A stretch of 64,000 nucleotides of DNA, from contig CP075492.1 of the NCBI GenBank assembly GCA_021613535.1, positions 13,888,001-13,952,000 of the forward strand, given 5' to 3'. Below, piece after piece: positions 1-11,998 of the stretch. The translations under genes and the position numbers were made by a program. The DNA comes from Adineta vaga (Eukaryota; Animalia; Rotifera). Position 1 is the first letter of the stretch. Every line of letters starts with the position of its first letter. Below the pieces are notes generated by a model. That model saw only the letters and a program-made list of their open reading frames with translations, did no database searches and was not told the DNA's origin.

Positions 1-39
1 TTATAGTGAAGAAACAAAAACATTTGTTGCAAATATCTT

Positions 40-96
40 GAGCGTGGGTGTGGGTCAGGCTATACTCTCAAAGCACACCCACACCACACCCTCTAG
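40..96. repeat. Short hairpin element with telomere-like arms (copy 1)
   Basis: GAGCGTGGGTGTGGGT (40-55) and inverted CACACCCACACCACACCCTCTAG (74-96). It abuts the end of the gene fragment at ~95. Confidence 0.65.
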
Positions 97-615
97 TGTA
101 AATACAATTGTACAATTTGTTTGAATCCGATTAGCATCAGGTACACCAGTGCATGTATTAGCACATTCATCAACATCGTTAACATTAGCTGTTGATCCAA
201 CAGGCCATCGACATTTTAATATATCAGTTCCATCAAAATCAGACATTTGAACTACATGAACATGCTGTAAAGCAACTTCTTTATATACGATAGGTAGAGA
301 AACAGCAATAAAAAGTGTTAAGTCGACTAACAATAGCCCAATTTCTATTTCTACCAACAACAGAAAGAAAATGAAACACTGAATGCAATATTCACCCGGA
401 GCAACATCAAGACCAGCATTGAAATCAGTACAGAATGTTTGCGTACTCATCGCTGACCAAGAACCATGTACCAGATACACAATTCACCGAGCTTGCATCA
501 CCAGTCTTTAGAGTTTGTGCAACAATCATAGCATTAGACAAGCAAATGCACTACGACGCCATGAAAATCGTTCACGTACAATAATACGAACTGTGGCGCC
601 AGATAGATCGTCATT
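95..615 (-). pseudogene. Frameshifted, truncated fragment of a Cys-containing extracellular protein family expanded in bdelloids
   Basis: Pieces in shifting frames read SGATVRIIVRERFSWRRS / GDASSVNCVSGT / SWSAMSTQTFCTDF / SLPIVYK..HVHVVQMSDFDGTDILKCRW..DECANTCTGVP..NCTIVFTL. No start or signal peptide is visible, and coding similarity stops at the hairpin. Confidence 0.55.
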
Positions 616-942
616 GATTTCAAAGTAAATTGAAAAAAAATGAGATACATAGAGATTAACACGAAGCATTTATATTTGTATTTAAAAGCAGAGAAAAAAA
701 TGTTTTGAAAAAAGGTAGAGTAGGTATATAATAGGGCGTTGTTAACACTAATGCATCAACAAGGAGAAAAAAATGATGACAAAATTAATAATGAAACTGT
801 CGATATTACGAAACCATAAAGAGAATTTCGTTTGTTGTTTTTTTGTGATTTACATCTTAACGCTTTTTTCTTTCTTTTGATAACGTAAGATGTATACGTA
901 ATGGAAGTTGAAAAACTCTTGGTAAAATAGTTTAAATCATAT

Positions 943-3015
943 TTACGTATGTTCTTCCGAAGTTAAATGTTCAATTAATTTATATAATCTATTTTCATCA
1001 TGAATCTCCATTTCTTCCCAATATTCACATGCACTATCTTCTAAATACGTCAGTGTTTCTGCATCATATTGATCCAATGCAACCGCTTTTTCAAAACAGA
1101 CTTGCCAACGATGATAATGTCTATCATTCATCAAAGTAGTCATTTGTTTATCTACATTATGTTGTTGACTGTCAAGAAGAAATTTGATCACAACATCAGA
1201 ATACGATGCATAACTTGCAATATCCCAATGAATATCAGCAGGCAAAGGATCTTGAATGTAATCACCTGTGCCTAATGAAAGTACACATATATGTTCTCTA
1301 TCATAGCCATATTCGAGAGCTTTTTCATACGCAGCCATTGTTGGATTATTCACTTGTACACCACCATCAGTATAGCATATACCATCGAAATTATGTGGCT
1401 TAAAATATGTTGGTGCAGCTGTTGTTGCCATGAGAACATCTACTATAGATGTTGACTTGTAGTTGTAATTTCTAGTAAATAAATGCGTATAAGTATCACC
1501 AAGTCGAACAGCGGGTATAACAATATCTGTTAAACAATCACGTAATAATGTCTGACGAAAATACTTTTCAAACAATGTTTGTTTACCAGTTGAGGAATAC
1601 TTCGTCGCTAATGATGGTGAAAAGTTGCGATAGCTAAATCTGTGACGATTCTTCTTAAAAAATATATGTTCACCATGTGTTTTATAGATTTCAACTAATT
1701 TTAAAGCATTAATATCAGGCTCCGTTAAACTACCCGCTTTAGGTAAAGATAAACCAGCAGCAATAATAGCACCTGTAGATGTCCCAGCCATCATTTGAAA
1801 CATCGATGAGCACGATCGATTAGTTCGATGTTCTAATTTCGATAACCAAATTGCAGGTATTATTCCACGGATACCACCACCATCGATAGATAATATATTG
1901 TATGATCTGTAATCCTTTTTATAGTTTCCACATTCAAAATGCTGTACTATCGTATCATTTGAGTTGCTTTGACCAATTAGTTTATTAATTATTAGTTGTT
2001 CTTTCTTAACTTCATCATTCTCTGGATCTGCAGCGATTGCAAACAAAATGCTTCTTTGAGCAGCAATATATCTTCTATCTTGTCTTTGATTTGTTTGTAG
2101 ATTAATAGATGATGGCCGATATTTACGTTGTGCAATAGCATATAAATACCAAAATTCAGCAATTTTTTTCTCATTCAATTTTTTTATTTTATTTTTCAAA
2201 TTTGTTAACACTTCATTTGCTTGACTGTATTTACTCAATTTAATCAAACATCGGGAATAGAGTAATGAATTATATAGATCAAGTTCATCAAATGATCTCA
2301 GCTTCATAAGACGTTTATAAACTCGATGTACAGTTTTCCATTTTGATAAAGAAAGTAAATGTTGATGAAATGATACACATTCGGTTTCTTTTACACATTT
2401 TAAAATCAATATACTATATAAGATTATTTTATGTTCAATATCAGCATCTTTTTGTAACGATAATTTCTTTTTAATAAGATTAATATAATTATCATCAGTG
2501 ATGAATATATCAACGATCGTTCGAGTTGATTGGTCATATGTATAGTAAATCGTCTTGAATAAATTATGATTTCGGTTCATAGGTTTGAGAACATGACCAT
2601 GCGGATAATGTTCTTCGATATAACATTGTTGAAAAGTGACTTCATTTTCTCCAATTAAATATGGTAAGTATTGAGTAAACGTTGTGTATTCTTCATCATG
2701 CAACCAGCTGTATATATCCTCACTGATAGTTCTATTGATTTGGTTATTACAAATAATATCTTGAAACTTGCGTCCTGATTCATTTTTATCTCTGGTTAAA
2801 GTATACTGAAACCAATCATTTACATTTTCAAAATCACATTGTACATTAAAATCATATCTGCACACACGTGTACAACTTGTAATTATATTGGTTCTTAACA
2901 ACATTTTTTTAATGAGATAAGGACTCACTGTAATGCTAGCAGTCTCGTTAACTGCCAATCTATTCGCAGATTGTATAACTTCATTTACGTTCGAGTCTTG
3001 ATAACCTTTTGCCAT
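943..3015 (-). CDS. Patatin-like phospholipase with N-terminal helical/TPR-like region (~690 aa, no intron seen)
   Basis: Oxyanion loop SIDGGGIRG, nucleophile GTSTG, AAPTYF and catalytic DGG are all intact. TPR-like helices (LYSRCLIKLSKYSQANEVL; AEFWYLYAIAQRK; AIAADPENDEV) lie upstream. First ATG is 3015; the ORF track began at TTG 3039. Confidence 0.9.
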   Translation of the reverse strand: MAKGYQDSNVNEVIQSANRLAVNETASITVSPYLIKKMLLRTNIITSCTRVCRYDFNVQCDFENVNDWFQYTLTRDKNESGRKFQDIICNNQINRTISEDIYSWLHDEEYTTFTQYLPYLIGENEVTFQQCYIEEHYPHGHVLKPMNRNHNLFKTIYYTYDQSTRTIVDIFITDDNYINLIKKKLSLQKDADIEHKIILYSILILKCVKETECVSFHQHLLSLSKWKTVHRVYKRLMKLRSFDELDLYNSLLYSRCLIKLSKYSQANEVLTNLKNKIKKLNEKKIAEFWYLYAIAQRKYRPSSINLQTNQRQDRRYIAAQRSILFAIAADPENDEVKKEQLIINKLIGQSNSNDTIVQHFECGNYKKDYRSYNILSIDGGGIRGIIPAIWLSKLEHRTNRSCSSMFQMMAGTSTGAIIAAGLSLPKAGSLTEPDINALKLVEIYKTHGEHIFFKKNRHRFSYRNFSPSLATKYSSTGKQTLFEKYFRQTLLRDCLTDIVIPAVRLGDTYTHLFTRNYNYKSTSIVDVLMATTAAPTYFKPHNFDGICYTDGGVQVNNPTMAAYEKALEYGYDREHICVLSLGTGDYIQDPLPADIHWDIASYASYSDVVIKFLLDSQQHNVDKQMTTLMNDRHYHRWQVCFEKAVALDQYDAETLTYLEDSACEYWEEMEIHDENRLYKLIEHLTSEEHT

Positions 3016-3172
3016 GAAAGAGTTCTTAAAAAAAGACAAAAAATCTTACAAAAAAATGCGTCTATACCGTCATAATAGCTAATGCATATTTGTCAGCGTT
3101 CGTTTTTTTTTTTCGTTTCTTATCATCATTAGAGTCTTTTCAGTAATACGTTAGCCGAATCTGTACAAAAAT

Positions 3173-3856
3173 TGTTATATCGTAATCGTGTACTACGAGC
3201 TTGCTGTATATATACGAACAAATTATATCATTTTTTTGCTGATTCGTTTTTACTGCCTAGTGATTTCATTGTTAGCGAAGACGAGCGTCCTCGTTATTGT
3301 TTCGCTCTTCCTCTCTATCGAATCACGTCGGGATACATTCCTCTTTATCCTTCTGCTCATGTAGTGTTCCAGACTTCTCTTTCGTTTTTGTTTTTCGAGA
3401 AAGAATGCTATCTTCGATACCATAATTTCTCCCTTTTGCTTGTTCTTCTTCCCATGTGTGTGCTCGATACAGTGTACGGGGGTAATTTCTGCTCTTTGTG
3501 CTTTTTGATATACATCCCTCCAGAGCCCTGCGGACTGGCTCACAATAATACGATGTACGAAGTAAATACACCAGTACATTATTCCTTCTTTTTCTTTTCT
3601 TCTCTTTAAGCACATACTACCTTCTCTTTTCTTCATATTGTAACGCTACAGAAACTATTCCTCTAGCGTTCTATATACGACACTTGATATACACATATTT
3701 ACACCTCTTGTAACTTCTTCTCTCTATACGAACATAAGACAATAGTCATGGGACCGCTGTCTTTTCTTTCTTCTTCGGCGGACGTATGATAACATACATC
3801 CGTTATTTTCTCGACTATTGTAATGTTGTTATACTATGAATAAAGCTTTGTTACCA
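3173..3856 (+). mobile_element. Possible solo LTR
   Basis: ~680 bp of compositionally distinct CT-rich intergenic sequence starting TGTTAT and ending AATAAAGCTTTGTTACCA (TG...CA, poly(A) signal near the end). The overlapping ORFs look non-coding. No clear target-site duplication. Confidence 0.35.
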
Positions 3857-4037
3857 AGAAAAAAAACTAATACGTTAAGCAGTAAAACTCCATGATTCAA
3901 GTGAGCTGTTCATGCAGATTTTATATTTCTATTTACGGATCATGATACAATTACAGTGTTGATATATAGGTAAAATTGCTTCGTCTGAGATAATCTTGCA
4001 CCATGTGGTGACACCATGTATATGTAGAAAAATTCTT

Positions 4038-5629
4038 TCACAAATGGAATGAAAATTGACAAAAAATCAAACTGAAAACTATGAAAACATTAAAAGAAAT
4101 AATTCTTGTAGCTTGAGAAGTAGTTAAATTTTGTTTTGGTAATAATTCGTAGACATAGAGCAAGCGAGTAACTTCTCGTCGTGCGGTAATTAAAGCACCA
4201 TGTGAATAACCATAGTTGTCTGTACTTGTCGCTTCACCAGCAAATAGCAAACGACTTTGAATTGGTTCGGACAAACGAAAAGGATCTTCATAGCTTTGAT
4301 TGATTGAAATGTATGCATATGAACCATGAGAAAATGGATCAGCATTCCAATTACTCATATAAATTTCCGTCGGTGAAGGGATAACAATATGCGGAAACAT
4401 TGCTTGTAAACTTGTTTGAATTTCTTTGACTATTTCATTTCGATTTTGTTGCCATATTGATAAAGAAATTGAATTACCAGCAATAGTACACAATAAGACT
4501 TGGTACACCATTCCATTTGTTTGCACTAGCCCAAAATCTTAATTCACTTGAATTAATTGATGGTGGTCGAAAGAAATAAAAATTAGTAGTATTCCACCAA
4601 GGTTGATCCCATAATAAATAGATTTTTTCATAATGACCAAATCCTATTCGATCAATCGCATTCAATTTCCATTGCGGAAGTGTTGGATAAAACTCAATTC
4701 CTTTGGATTTTAACACTCCTAGCGGAACTGTTAGTAGAACATAATCTGCTCGATATATTTGTCCATCTTCAGTGAAAACATGAACAATATTATCAGTATA
4801 ATTTATTTTTGTTACGATTTGATTTAAACGAATATCTTTGAGATCTTTTGCTAAACGATCAGTAATTGCCATATAACCTGCATCACAGATAACAGGTTCT
4901 TCACCATAATTTACAGAAGTAAGATCTAAATAACCTTTTGCACCAATAGCTTCTAATTCTGCTCCTTCTCTATCGGCAATTGTAAAATAAGCAAAGTAAT
5001 ACAGTGCATCATGTTGTTCTGAAGAAAGATTTCTTTGTTGAGCAAATAAATTAACGTAATATGCAAATGAAACATTTGATGATGCTGATCTTGTTTGTTC
5101 GCGTACAAAGGCAGAATATTCAACATACCAATGCTGGAGAGTAAGAAGAAAAATACTATCAGTCGATGGACCCAATCCAAGAAAATCATGTTGTCCTGTA
5201 GTACACGTAGGAATATTCACTTCTCGAATGTAGTCCCATATTGGATTCGTTAATTGACCAGATGGAATTGAACCGCGAAGTCCATGAATAAAGCGTGCTC
5301 CCATATCAAGCATCAGACCATTTTTCGATCGAATAGAATGGACTCGACCACCTGTTCGATTTCGTGCTTCTAAAACGATCGTTTGAATTCCATTCTGTTC
5401 TAATAGACGAGTTGCTTCTAAGCCGGCTATACCAGCACCAATGATTAATACCTTCGTTGACATTGTAGTTGATGTCTCTGATGACTGTTTAACCTAATTT
5501 AACACAAATAAACAGAAACAAGGTTAATCAGTGTGATTATGACTGCGTATCTATGTTTACTTCAGAATGAAGCTGTTCAGTATAACCGTAAGCGTATGCA
5601 CAAAAGAAGAATAACTGTAGAATTAACAT
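4038..5629 (-). CDS. Secreted, probably membrane/GPI-anchored flavin-dependent amine oxidase (polyamine oxidase/LAAO-like); one frameshift near 4497
   Basis: Signal exon 5629-5561 (MLILQLFFFCAYAYG...), intron 5560-5494, spliced in frame to KVLIIGAGIAGL..LEARNRTGGRV..DMGARFIHG. C-terminal W..DPFSHGSY and LFAGEAT..HGALITA motifs, then a hydrophobic tail. The two ORFs join with a small shift at ...NGVPS/LLCTIAG. Confidence 0.85.
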
Positions 5630-6321
5630 AGTGTTGTCGAGATTTTAACAAATGATATCTAAATAGACTTAAAGTTCAAAAAGTATACTACGATGTAATA
5701 TTGTGTCGATTGGTATGTATATGTCAGGTAGAATGATTTGATCTTTCTCGACGAAGGAAAGAAAAGAAGAAGAAGAAGAGAAAATTTATGTGTATTTTTA
5801 TCACCAATGATTTATAACGCTTCGTTGCTCTTGTAGAGAAAAAAGCCGACGGATAAGTGTATAAGAAAAGCAGAATATGTATTGTACAAGTTCTATTTGT
5901 TTTTTTTTGTGTTATCGCAGAAGTTTGGAAAGCTTACAACAAGAGCATGTTATTTTTATTTTTATCATGCATAATGAAAAAACAGTAAAAGAGCATAAAT
6001 TATTCTTTGTTGCAGTTTTATGACTCTCCCTCATATAAATCAAGTCGAGGGAGAATAAGAATATTTTACAAACAAATCATTTGATGTATAGGCTATCTGG
6101 CATCCTACTCCTCCTCTTTTTCATCTTTTCTTTGATTTTATTCTAAATGTTTTGGTTGACATTACACTACTTCGCATTTGTTACAGACTTATATTAGATG
6201 ATGTTTAAGTTTTTGCGAAAAAAGGGAAAAAATACGTCAAGAAAAAATTTTCCCCAAAAAAAAGAGGAAAAGAGGAAGAAGGAAGGCAATGTACAGGCAA
6301 AAAATAATGAATCAATTGTTT

Positions 6322-7299
6322 GAGAGAGATGAATGTGGATGCCGGTATCATGTTTGTATGCACACTCTCACCTACATCCGCAATACGGTCGGTAGTAATT
6401 TATATTTGTATATTCCAACTTGTTGGAAAAAAATGTGTTCTTTTGATATATTGATAGACATACTAGTCATACTTTGATGACTCAACTTGAATTCAATTTG
6501 AATTTTTCTACTCGTGAAAAAGTAGTCTTCGATCCTATTCGCTTGACTGTCAGGGTAGGGAAAGATATGCTACGTGCATAATTTGGAGCGTTATAATAAG
6601 TCTTATTTTTCAACACACAGTTAGATCTCTTTATCGCACTATAGTCAAATATAGTATTCATGATAAAGTCTATTCTATTCTGTTATTGGCATTTCATTAT
6701 TTCTTAGATTTTCTCTATGATTTTAATTTTATTGACAACTGTTTTTATTCAATCCATAGAAGCTTACAACGGCGCACAAAGTGGCGATATCAATATTGTT
6801 AAGACATTTCTTAGTCAGAATCCATCTTATAAAGATCGACCTTTAATATATGGATATACTTTGTTGTACGTAGCAACTATGAATAATCATCTTGACATCG
6901 TTAAGTATTTAATTGAAGAAGCTAAATGTTTAATCGATGCTCAAAATCAAGATGATGTGTATACAGGGATCGATACAGCTTTGCATGTGGCATGTGTCAA
7001 AGAGCATGCTGATATAGTTCGTTATCTTCTCGGTCACGGTGCAAATTGTTATTTAGAAAATAAGACAAAAGAAACACCAGGAATGATTGCTAGAAATTCG
7101 TCAGTGCAGTACGATATTTTTCGTGATCATCTCGTGCTTGATTATACTAAACAATGTACGAATAGAATTGAGTTACCAACCATGACAATTACAAATGAAT
7201 TATCATCAAAAAATTATGATTTAAGTTCTGTTACACATAACTGTATTTGGGAATATAAACCATTAAATGAACAACATTGGAAATATTTTGATGAAAAGG
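6322..7299 (+). repeat. Partial, internally deleted duplicate of 11472-12943 (upstream region plus ankyrin-coding part)
   Basis: Direct alignment by eye. The upstream block (GCCGGTATCAT...CAACACACAGTTAGATC) is shared, three internal deletions are present, and the ankyrin-coding block is near-identical up to GATGAAAAGG. Confidence 0.95.
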
Positions 7300-7397
7300 G
7301 TGTGGGTGAAGGTGACGGTATAATAACAAGCGAAACACCCTCACTCTCTCAAGATATAAAAATAATTTCGGAATGTTTGAATGTTGTAATAAATTGA
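6717..7397 (+). CDS. Truncated ankyrin-repeat-only paralog (226 aa) of the 11999 gene; may be a pseudogene
   Basis: Ankyrin motifs GYTLLYVATMNNHLDIVKYLIE and DTALHVACVKEHADIVRYLL plus the start of WWE. The tail (GVGEGDG...) is encoded by the hairpin element. Confidence 0.55.
   Translation: MILILLTTVFIQSIEAYNGAQSGDINIVKTFLSQNPSYKDRPLIYGYTLLYVATMNNHLDIVKYLIEEAKCLIDAQNQDDVYTGIDTALHVACVKEHADIVRYLLGHGANCYLENKTKETPGMIARNSSVQYDIFRDHLVLDYTKQCTNRIELPTMTITNELSSKNYDLSSVTHNCIWEYKPLNEQHWKYFDEKGVGEGDGIITSETPSLSQDIKIISECLNVVIN
7298..7353. repeat. TGTGGG hairpin element at the 3' breakpoint of the duplicate
   Basis: GGGTGTGGGTGAAGGTGACGGTAT...CACCCTCACTCTCTCAAG. Confidence 0.7.
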
Positions 7398-7717
7398 TAT
7401 GTACGATTTGTTTTAATTTTTTTTTTTGTTTTTCTATAGATCTTTCTATTTAACATTTGAAATAAATGAGAAAAAAGTATTAGACTTTCCTTTAATAAAT
7501 CATTTCTCTGATTATTACAGATCAATATAATATGATGATAGAAATATTCAACTTGGTTGGCTTGTGCTCTCATATGTGTTTCTTTGTTCAACTGATCTAT
7601 TCGTGTAAAACCAAGCAACGTTGGTAAATGTACATCACCATTAACTGATTAGATTTTCATTACTTATGCATAAGTGGTTAAATTGTACTAATAGGATTTC
7701 GATAAAGAGTCGCCAAT

Positions 7718-7785
7718 AATTGAGGATTTAGTTGCAGAATTTTCGGTATTTGAAATATGATGCCCTCGCACCCTCGTCCTCAATT
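7718..7785. repeat. Degenerate hairpin element of the same family
   Basis: 9-bp terminal inverted repeat AATTGAGGA / TCCTCAATT, internal CGGTAT, and a C-rich arm CCCTCGCACCCTC. Confidence 0.45.
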
Positions 7786-8170
7786 TAGTCTTCAAGTCCT
7801 AACGAAAAGGTGACACAATATCGATTACAAACAGTTAAGATCCTTTGTGAACTAATTTCTGTTCTATATTCTCAAGAATTTATACAAAAAATAACTGTTC
7901 AATTAATAAAAACTGCTTTATATTTATAGAAATTATTTCTTATCTATAGTTTAATTAATTGATGAACACTCTGTTTATTTGAATATTTTATTCGACGTTT
8001 ATTCATTCGTTTCTTCTCATTTTTACATTTTTTCATTTCAATATTTTTCTCCGTCATTTCTCGTTTCGATGCTTTTTCAGTCATTCGACTATACAAACAT
8101 AGGTAATCAATAAAGCAAGAGAATACATAAATGAAAATAGCGATTAAACGAAAGGAAAGAACATACAACG

Positions 8171-9943
8171 ATGAACATGAAATGTTCGGACGTTCAACTA
8201 ACAGATCTACCTGATGAAATACTTCAAATGATCTTTAAAAAATTGACGAATATCGAAGTGCTTTACTCTTTATTGGATGTTAATAAACGACTTCATAGTT
8301 TAGCCAATGATTCTTTTTTTACTGAACATTTAACATTTCTGGTACATTCGGTGAATGGTGTCAAAACTACAATAGATAGTTCAATGCTTGATTGATTTTA
8401 CAGAGAAATCCTACCTAATATTCATTCAAAAATCAAATGGCTTAATCTCGAACCATTATCTATGAGAGACATTTTATCTGCAACTGATTATCCTAATTTA
8501 CATGGACTTACTCTGCTTCATATTGAGCGTGAAACAGATTTATGTTTATTTGCTGGTAAGTTGTTTCAATTATCATCTTAACTCATGAATAAGGACAGAT
8601 CATTGCACATCGACTGTTTTCATAGATTCGTGCGGCATAACTTTCTATATTGTTTTAGATTGTGCATTCAAAAATCTAATTACAAAATTAATCATTACAA
8701 TGAATGAATATGATTCGTCGAAACAAAGATTAGATTTAACTTCTATTGTGTGTGATGAAATTTTTTCTATATTCGTAAACTTAATCTATTTGAAAATTCA
8801 ATCATCTCATGAATGGTATTGTAATACTATTGAACGATTAAGTTTCGACCATTCATCTCCAACATTTGCTTCGTCAACTTTAACAGAATTGTATGTCACT
8901 TTAAGAGATTTTACCGATTTACTTTATTTGCTTGATGGTCGGTTGAATCAACTTCGTACATTACATGTAATGGCTATTTATTTTCTTGTTGATTCATCTG
9001 AGTCCATTAGAAAGGTATAATAATTAATTATATAAAGACAAGATAATTATTTGACATTTTCTCATTCTAGGATGAATTGGTTAATCTAAAGACTTTCTCA
9101 CTAACCAGTAGATCAGTAATATTTCGTTATGAGAAAACACTGGTGCCACTTCTCCATCGAATGACACATCTTGAAAAATTATTCTTGAATGTTTGCATCG
9201 AACGTGAAACTCTTCATGGATCATTTATTGATGGGAATAACTTGAAGAATAATATAGTGAATTATATGCCAAGATTAAATAAATTTGTGTTCAGTATTCA
9301 TTCTAATGTAATTCATTCCAATAGTTTGTTAAACATACCTTCCAATGATGATATTCAACATACATTCAAGGATCTTAAAGATTATCAAGTTGTTTCATAT
9401 ATTCATTATTTTCCTAAAGACAAAATGATTCAATGTCATATCTATTCATCTCCATATTCTATGGATAGTTTATATCGTCTTACCAATAGTTTTCCAGGTG
9501 GATTGCTTGAATCTGTTCACAATGTCTATTTATTTGATGAAAAACCTTTTGAACATGAATTTTTCATTCGAATTGTTCAAGCATTCCCATATCTTAAGAC
9601 ATTATTGATAGAAAATTATTCACCACAAAACTGCAAAGAGTGTTTACAATCCAATGAAAATGATCAAAATTTCGAAATGATCAAATATCCTTATCTTAAT
9701 CTGCTTATTCTTCATGGTTCTCACAAAGATTATTTGGAACAAAATCTAGATAATAACAAAACATGTTTGTTAAATGATATTAATCTTTATGTTCACTATG
9801 GTACTCTTCAAACAGTAACGCACAATTTCATAAGATCTTTGACACGAATCAATTGCGAAAAAATCACATTTATCAATGATATTAGAAAATCTAATATTCC
9901 AGAACATTTTCATGATTATTTTTCTCGTATTGAAACGTTGTAA
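8171..9943 (+). pseudogene. F-box/LRR-like protein (bdelloid-expanded family) with an in-frame TGA at 8393-8395
   Basis: F-box LTDLPDEILQMIFKKL. Coding continues past the stop (SMLD*FYREILPNIHSKIKWLNLE). Introns 8556-8658 and 9015-9070 splice in frame. Family motifs FSIHS, CHIYSSPY and DEKPFEHEFFIRI present. Confidence 0.8.
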
Positions 9944-10020
9944 CTTGTATTGTTCAATTGATGATGAAGATAACATTAGCATCTCAAGGATGTCGCTCAG
10001 AATATCACTGAAGTAAAGTT

Positions 10021-10108
10021 CTGATGGTGTGAATGCGAGTGAATAAGTATGAATATGGGTAGCTTTTTACATATCAGTCTCACCATCACATACACCCACC
10101 GCCTCAAG
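10021..10108. repeat. Degenerate hairpin element of the same family
   Basis: CTGATGGTGTGAATGCGAGTG...CTCACCATCACATACACCCACCGCCTCAAG, with the shared CTCAAG end. Confidence 0.45.
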
Positions 10109-11470
10109 ATGAATTGTTTCCTTCATGGAATCCATAATTAAAGACGCGTTAAAAGTATATTCTGTTTGAACATCATCGACTATATTTACCAACAAAGCAA
10201 TCAAAATAAGTTTTCTCATATGCATGTTTTTCTCCCATTAGAAATGTGCATCATGATGAACAAATGTATTTCTTCTTTTTGCTATTTACTTGTTCGTGAA
10301 AGAAAAATTCGGAACTTTTCTCAGAACGCCTTTTTGTGCTTTTATCGAATCAAAAGTGGGAAATTTTATAAATCGTTGGTGTAGAAGATTATTAATATTC
10401 TGAAATTTATCGTTATTGTCTAATTATACTGTTTATCAAACGGATGCAATTCTAAATTAAATTTTATTAACGAAGATAAAATACTAGAGATCAGAGTGAT
10501 CTGATAGGAAAAGTATTTATTAGATAATTTACTCCAATAATCACATTTATATCTTGCGCATAGAGCTTAATCACAATATTATCAAATCTGCTTCATAGGT
10601 AGTCATTTTCCGTATATAGAGCTCGATTGATTGAGCATCCAATTCTATAGTACAAAATAGTTCGGCTGGAAACAGCGTATCCATCAAATAAATTACAACA
10701 ATACAATCTACAGATACTGGCAGTCAGTACAAAAGACAATCAGTTATATTTGTAACAGTTCATATTCTCCTTCTCAAAAGAATATGATCATTATTTTTAT
10801 TCATAAGCATCGAAATAGTTTAACTCACAAACACATGAATCTTTCTTAATTAAAATGAATTTATTGAATACAGAGCAATACAAATTATTTTTGTCTTTTC
10901 ATACAGAAGATTTCAACATCACGATGAAATATTGTCAAATATTTGTTTTGTCAATAAGTGGAAATTTTTGTTGCATAGCAGTCGGTAAAATTAACGGTAA
11001 TTTCCAACTTTATTATTGTTTATATAATGAGTACAGCAAAAATAATAAATGTGTTAAGAAATTTTCGTTCGTATTTTGTTAAATATTGAAACAAACAACA
11101 CATTTTTACAGTTATAAATGTGACGAGAATGTATTTCGATTAGCTAAAAGCTTTTCTCTTCAACTGAAAACTGTTGGAAATTATCCACGTTTAGTTACTC
11201 ACCATTATTTCGTAAAGTTTTATAATATATTAAAAAATAAGGTTCACTAGACGTTACATCGAATTTTTCATTCTTGCTCTGTTTTCACAGTATAATGATC
11301 ATACGCTGGACTACTAACTTCATTTTGTGTAGAAAGTTGATCTCCAATTTCAAGTAGGTCACAGGTTATCGATTATGACTGGAATCTCAAAATAGACCAG
11401 AAATTTTTAAGACAGACATGTAATTCCAACTTTGGCTGGGCAAAATTAGGATTCGAAAATAGGTTAGAAC

Positions 11471-11535
11471 TTGAAAGAGTGTGGGTGAAGGTGCCGGTAT
11501 CATATTTATATGCACACTCTCACCTGCAACCTCAA
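11471..11535. repeat. TGTGGG hairpin element at the start of the duplicated source segment (degenerate copy at 6322-6383)
   Basis: TTGAAAGAGTGTGGGTGAAGGTGCCGGTAT...CACACTCTCACCTGCAACCTCAA. The left arm nearly matches the 7298 copy. Confidence 0.7.
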
Positions 11536-11998
11536 TACGGTCAGTAGTGATTTATGTTTCTGTATTCCAACTTGTTGGAAAAAAATGTGTTCTTTTGATA
11601 TATTGATAGACATACTAGTCATACCTTGATGAGTCAACTTGAATTTAATTTGAATTTTTCTACTCGGGAAAAAATAATCTTCGATCCTATTTGCTTGTCT
11701 GTCAGGGTAGGGAAAGATATGCTACGTGCATAATTTCGAGCGTTATAATAGGTTTTATTTTTCAACACACAGTTAGATCGTTAGAAAAGTAGATAAATAT
11801 GCTCTTATCATAGTTTGACAAACATCATTTTTGTCTCTAAACTGTCTTTGATATTGTTCTTTATCGCACTTTAGTCAAATATACTATTCTATTATTTACG
11901 ACCAAAACCTGTCCAACTTGGTAAGGAATCTTTATATATTGATCATGTTACTTAAAAGTAATAGAAATAAAGCTTGCAGAGTTTTTTTTCTATTGTAG

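Noticed and set aside
40-96. True telomere or Athena retroelement terminus
   Set aside because: Only 2-3 repeat units per arm, internal position, and no reverse transcriptase ORF in the window.
3172-3636. Three overlapping ORFs of 96-145 aa
   Set aside because: Low-complexity products of a CT-rich tract with no recognisable motifs.
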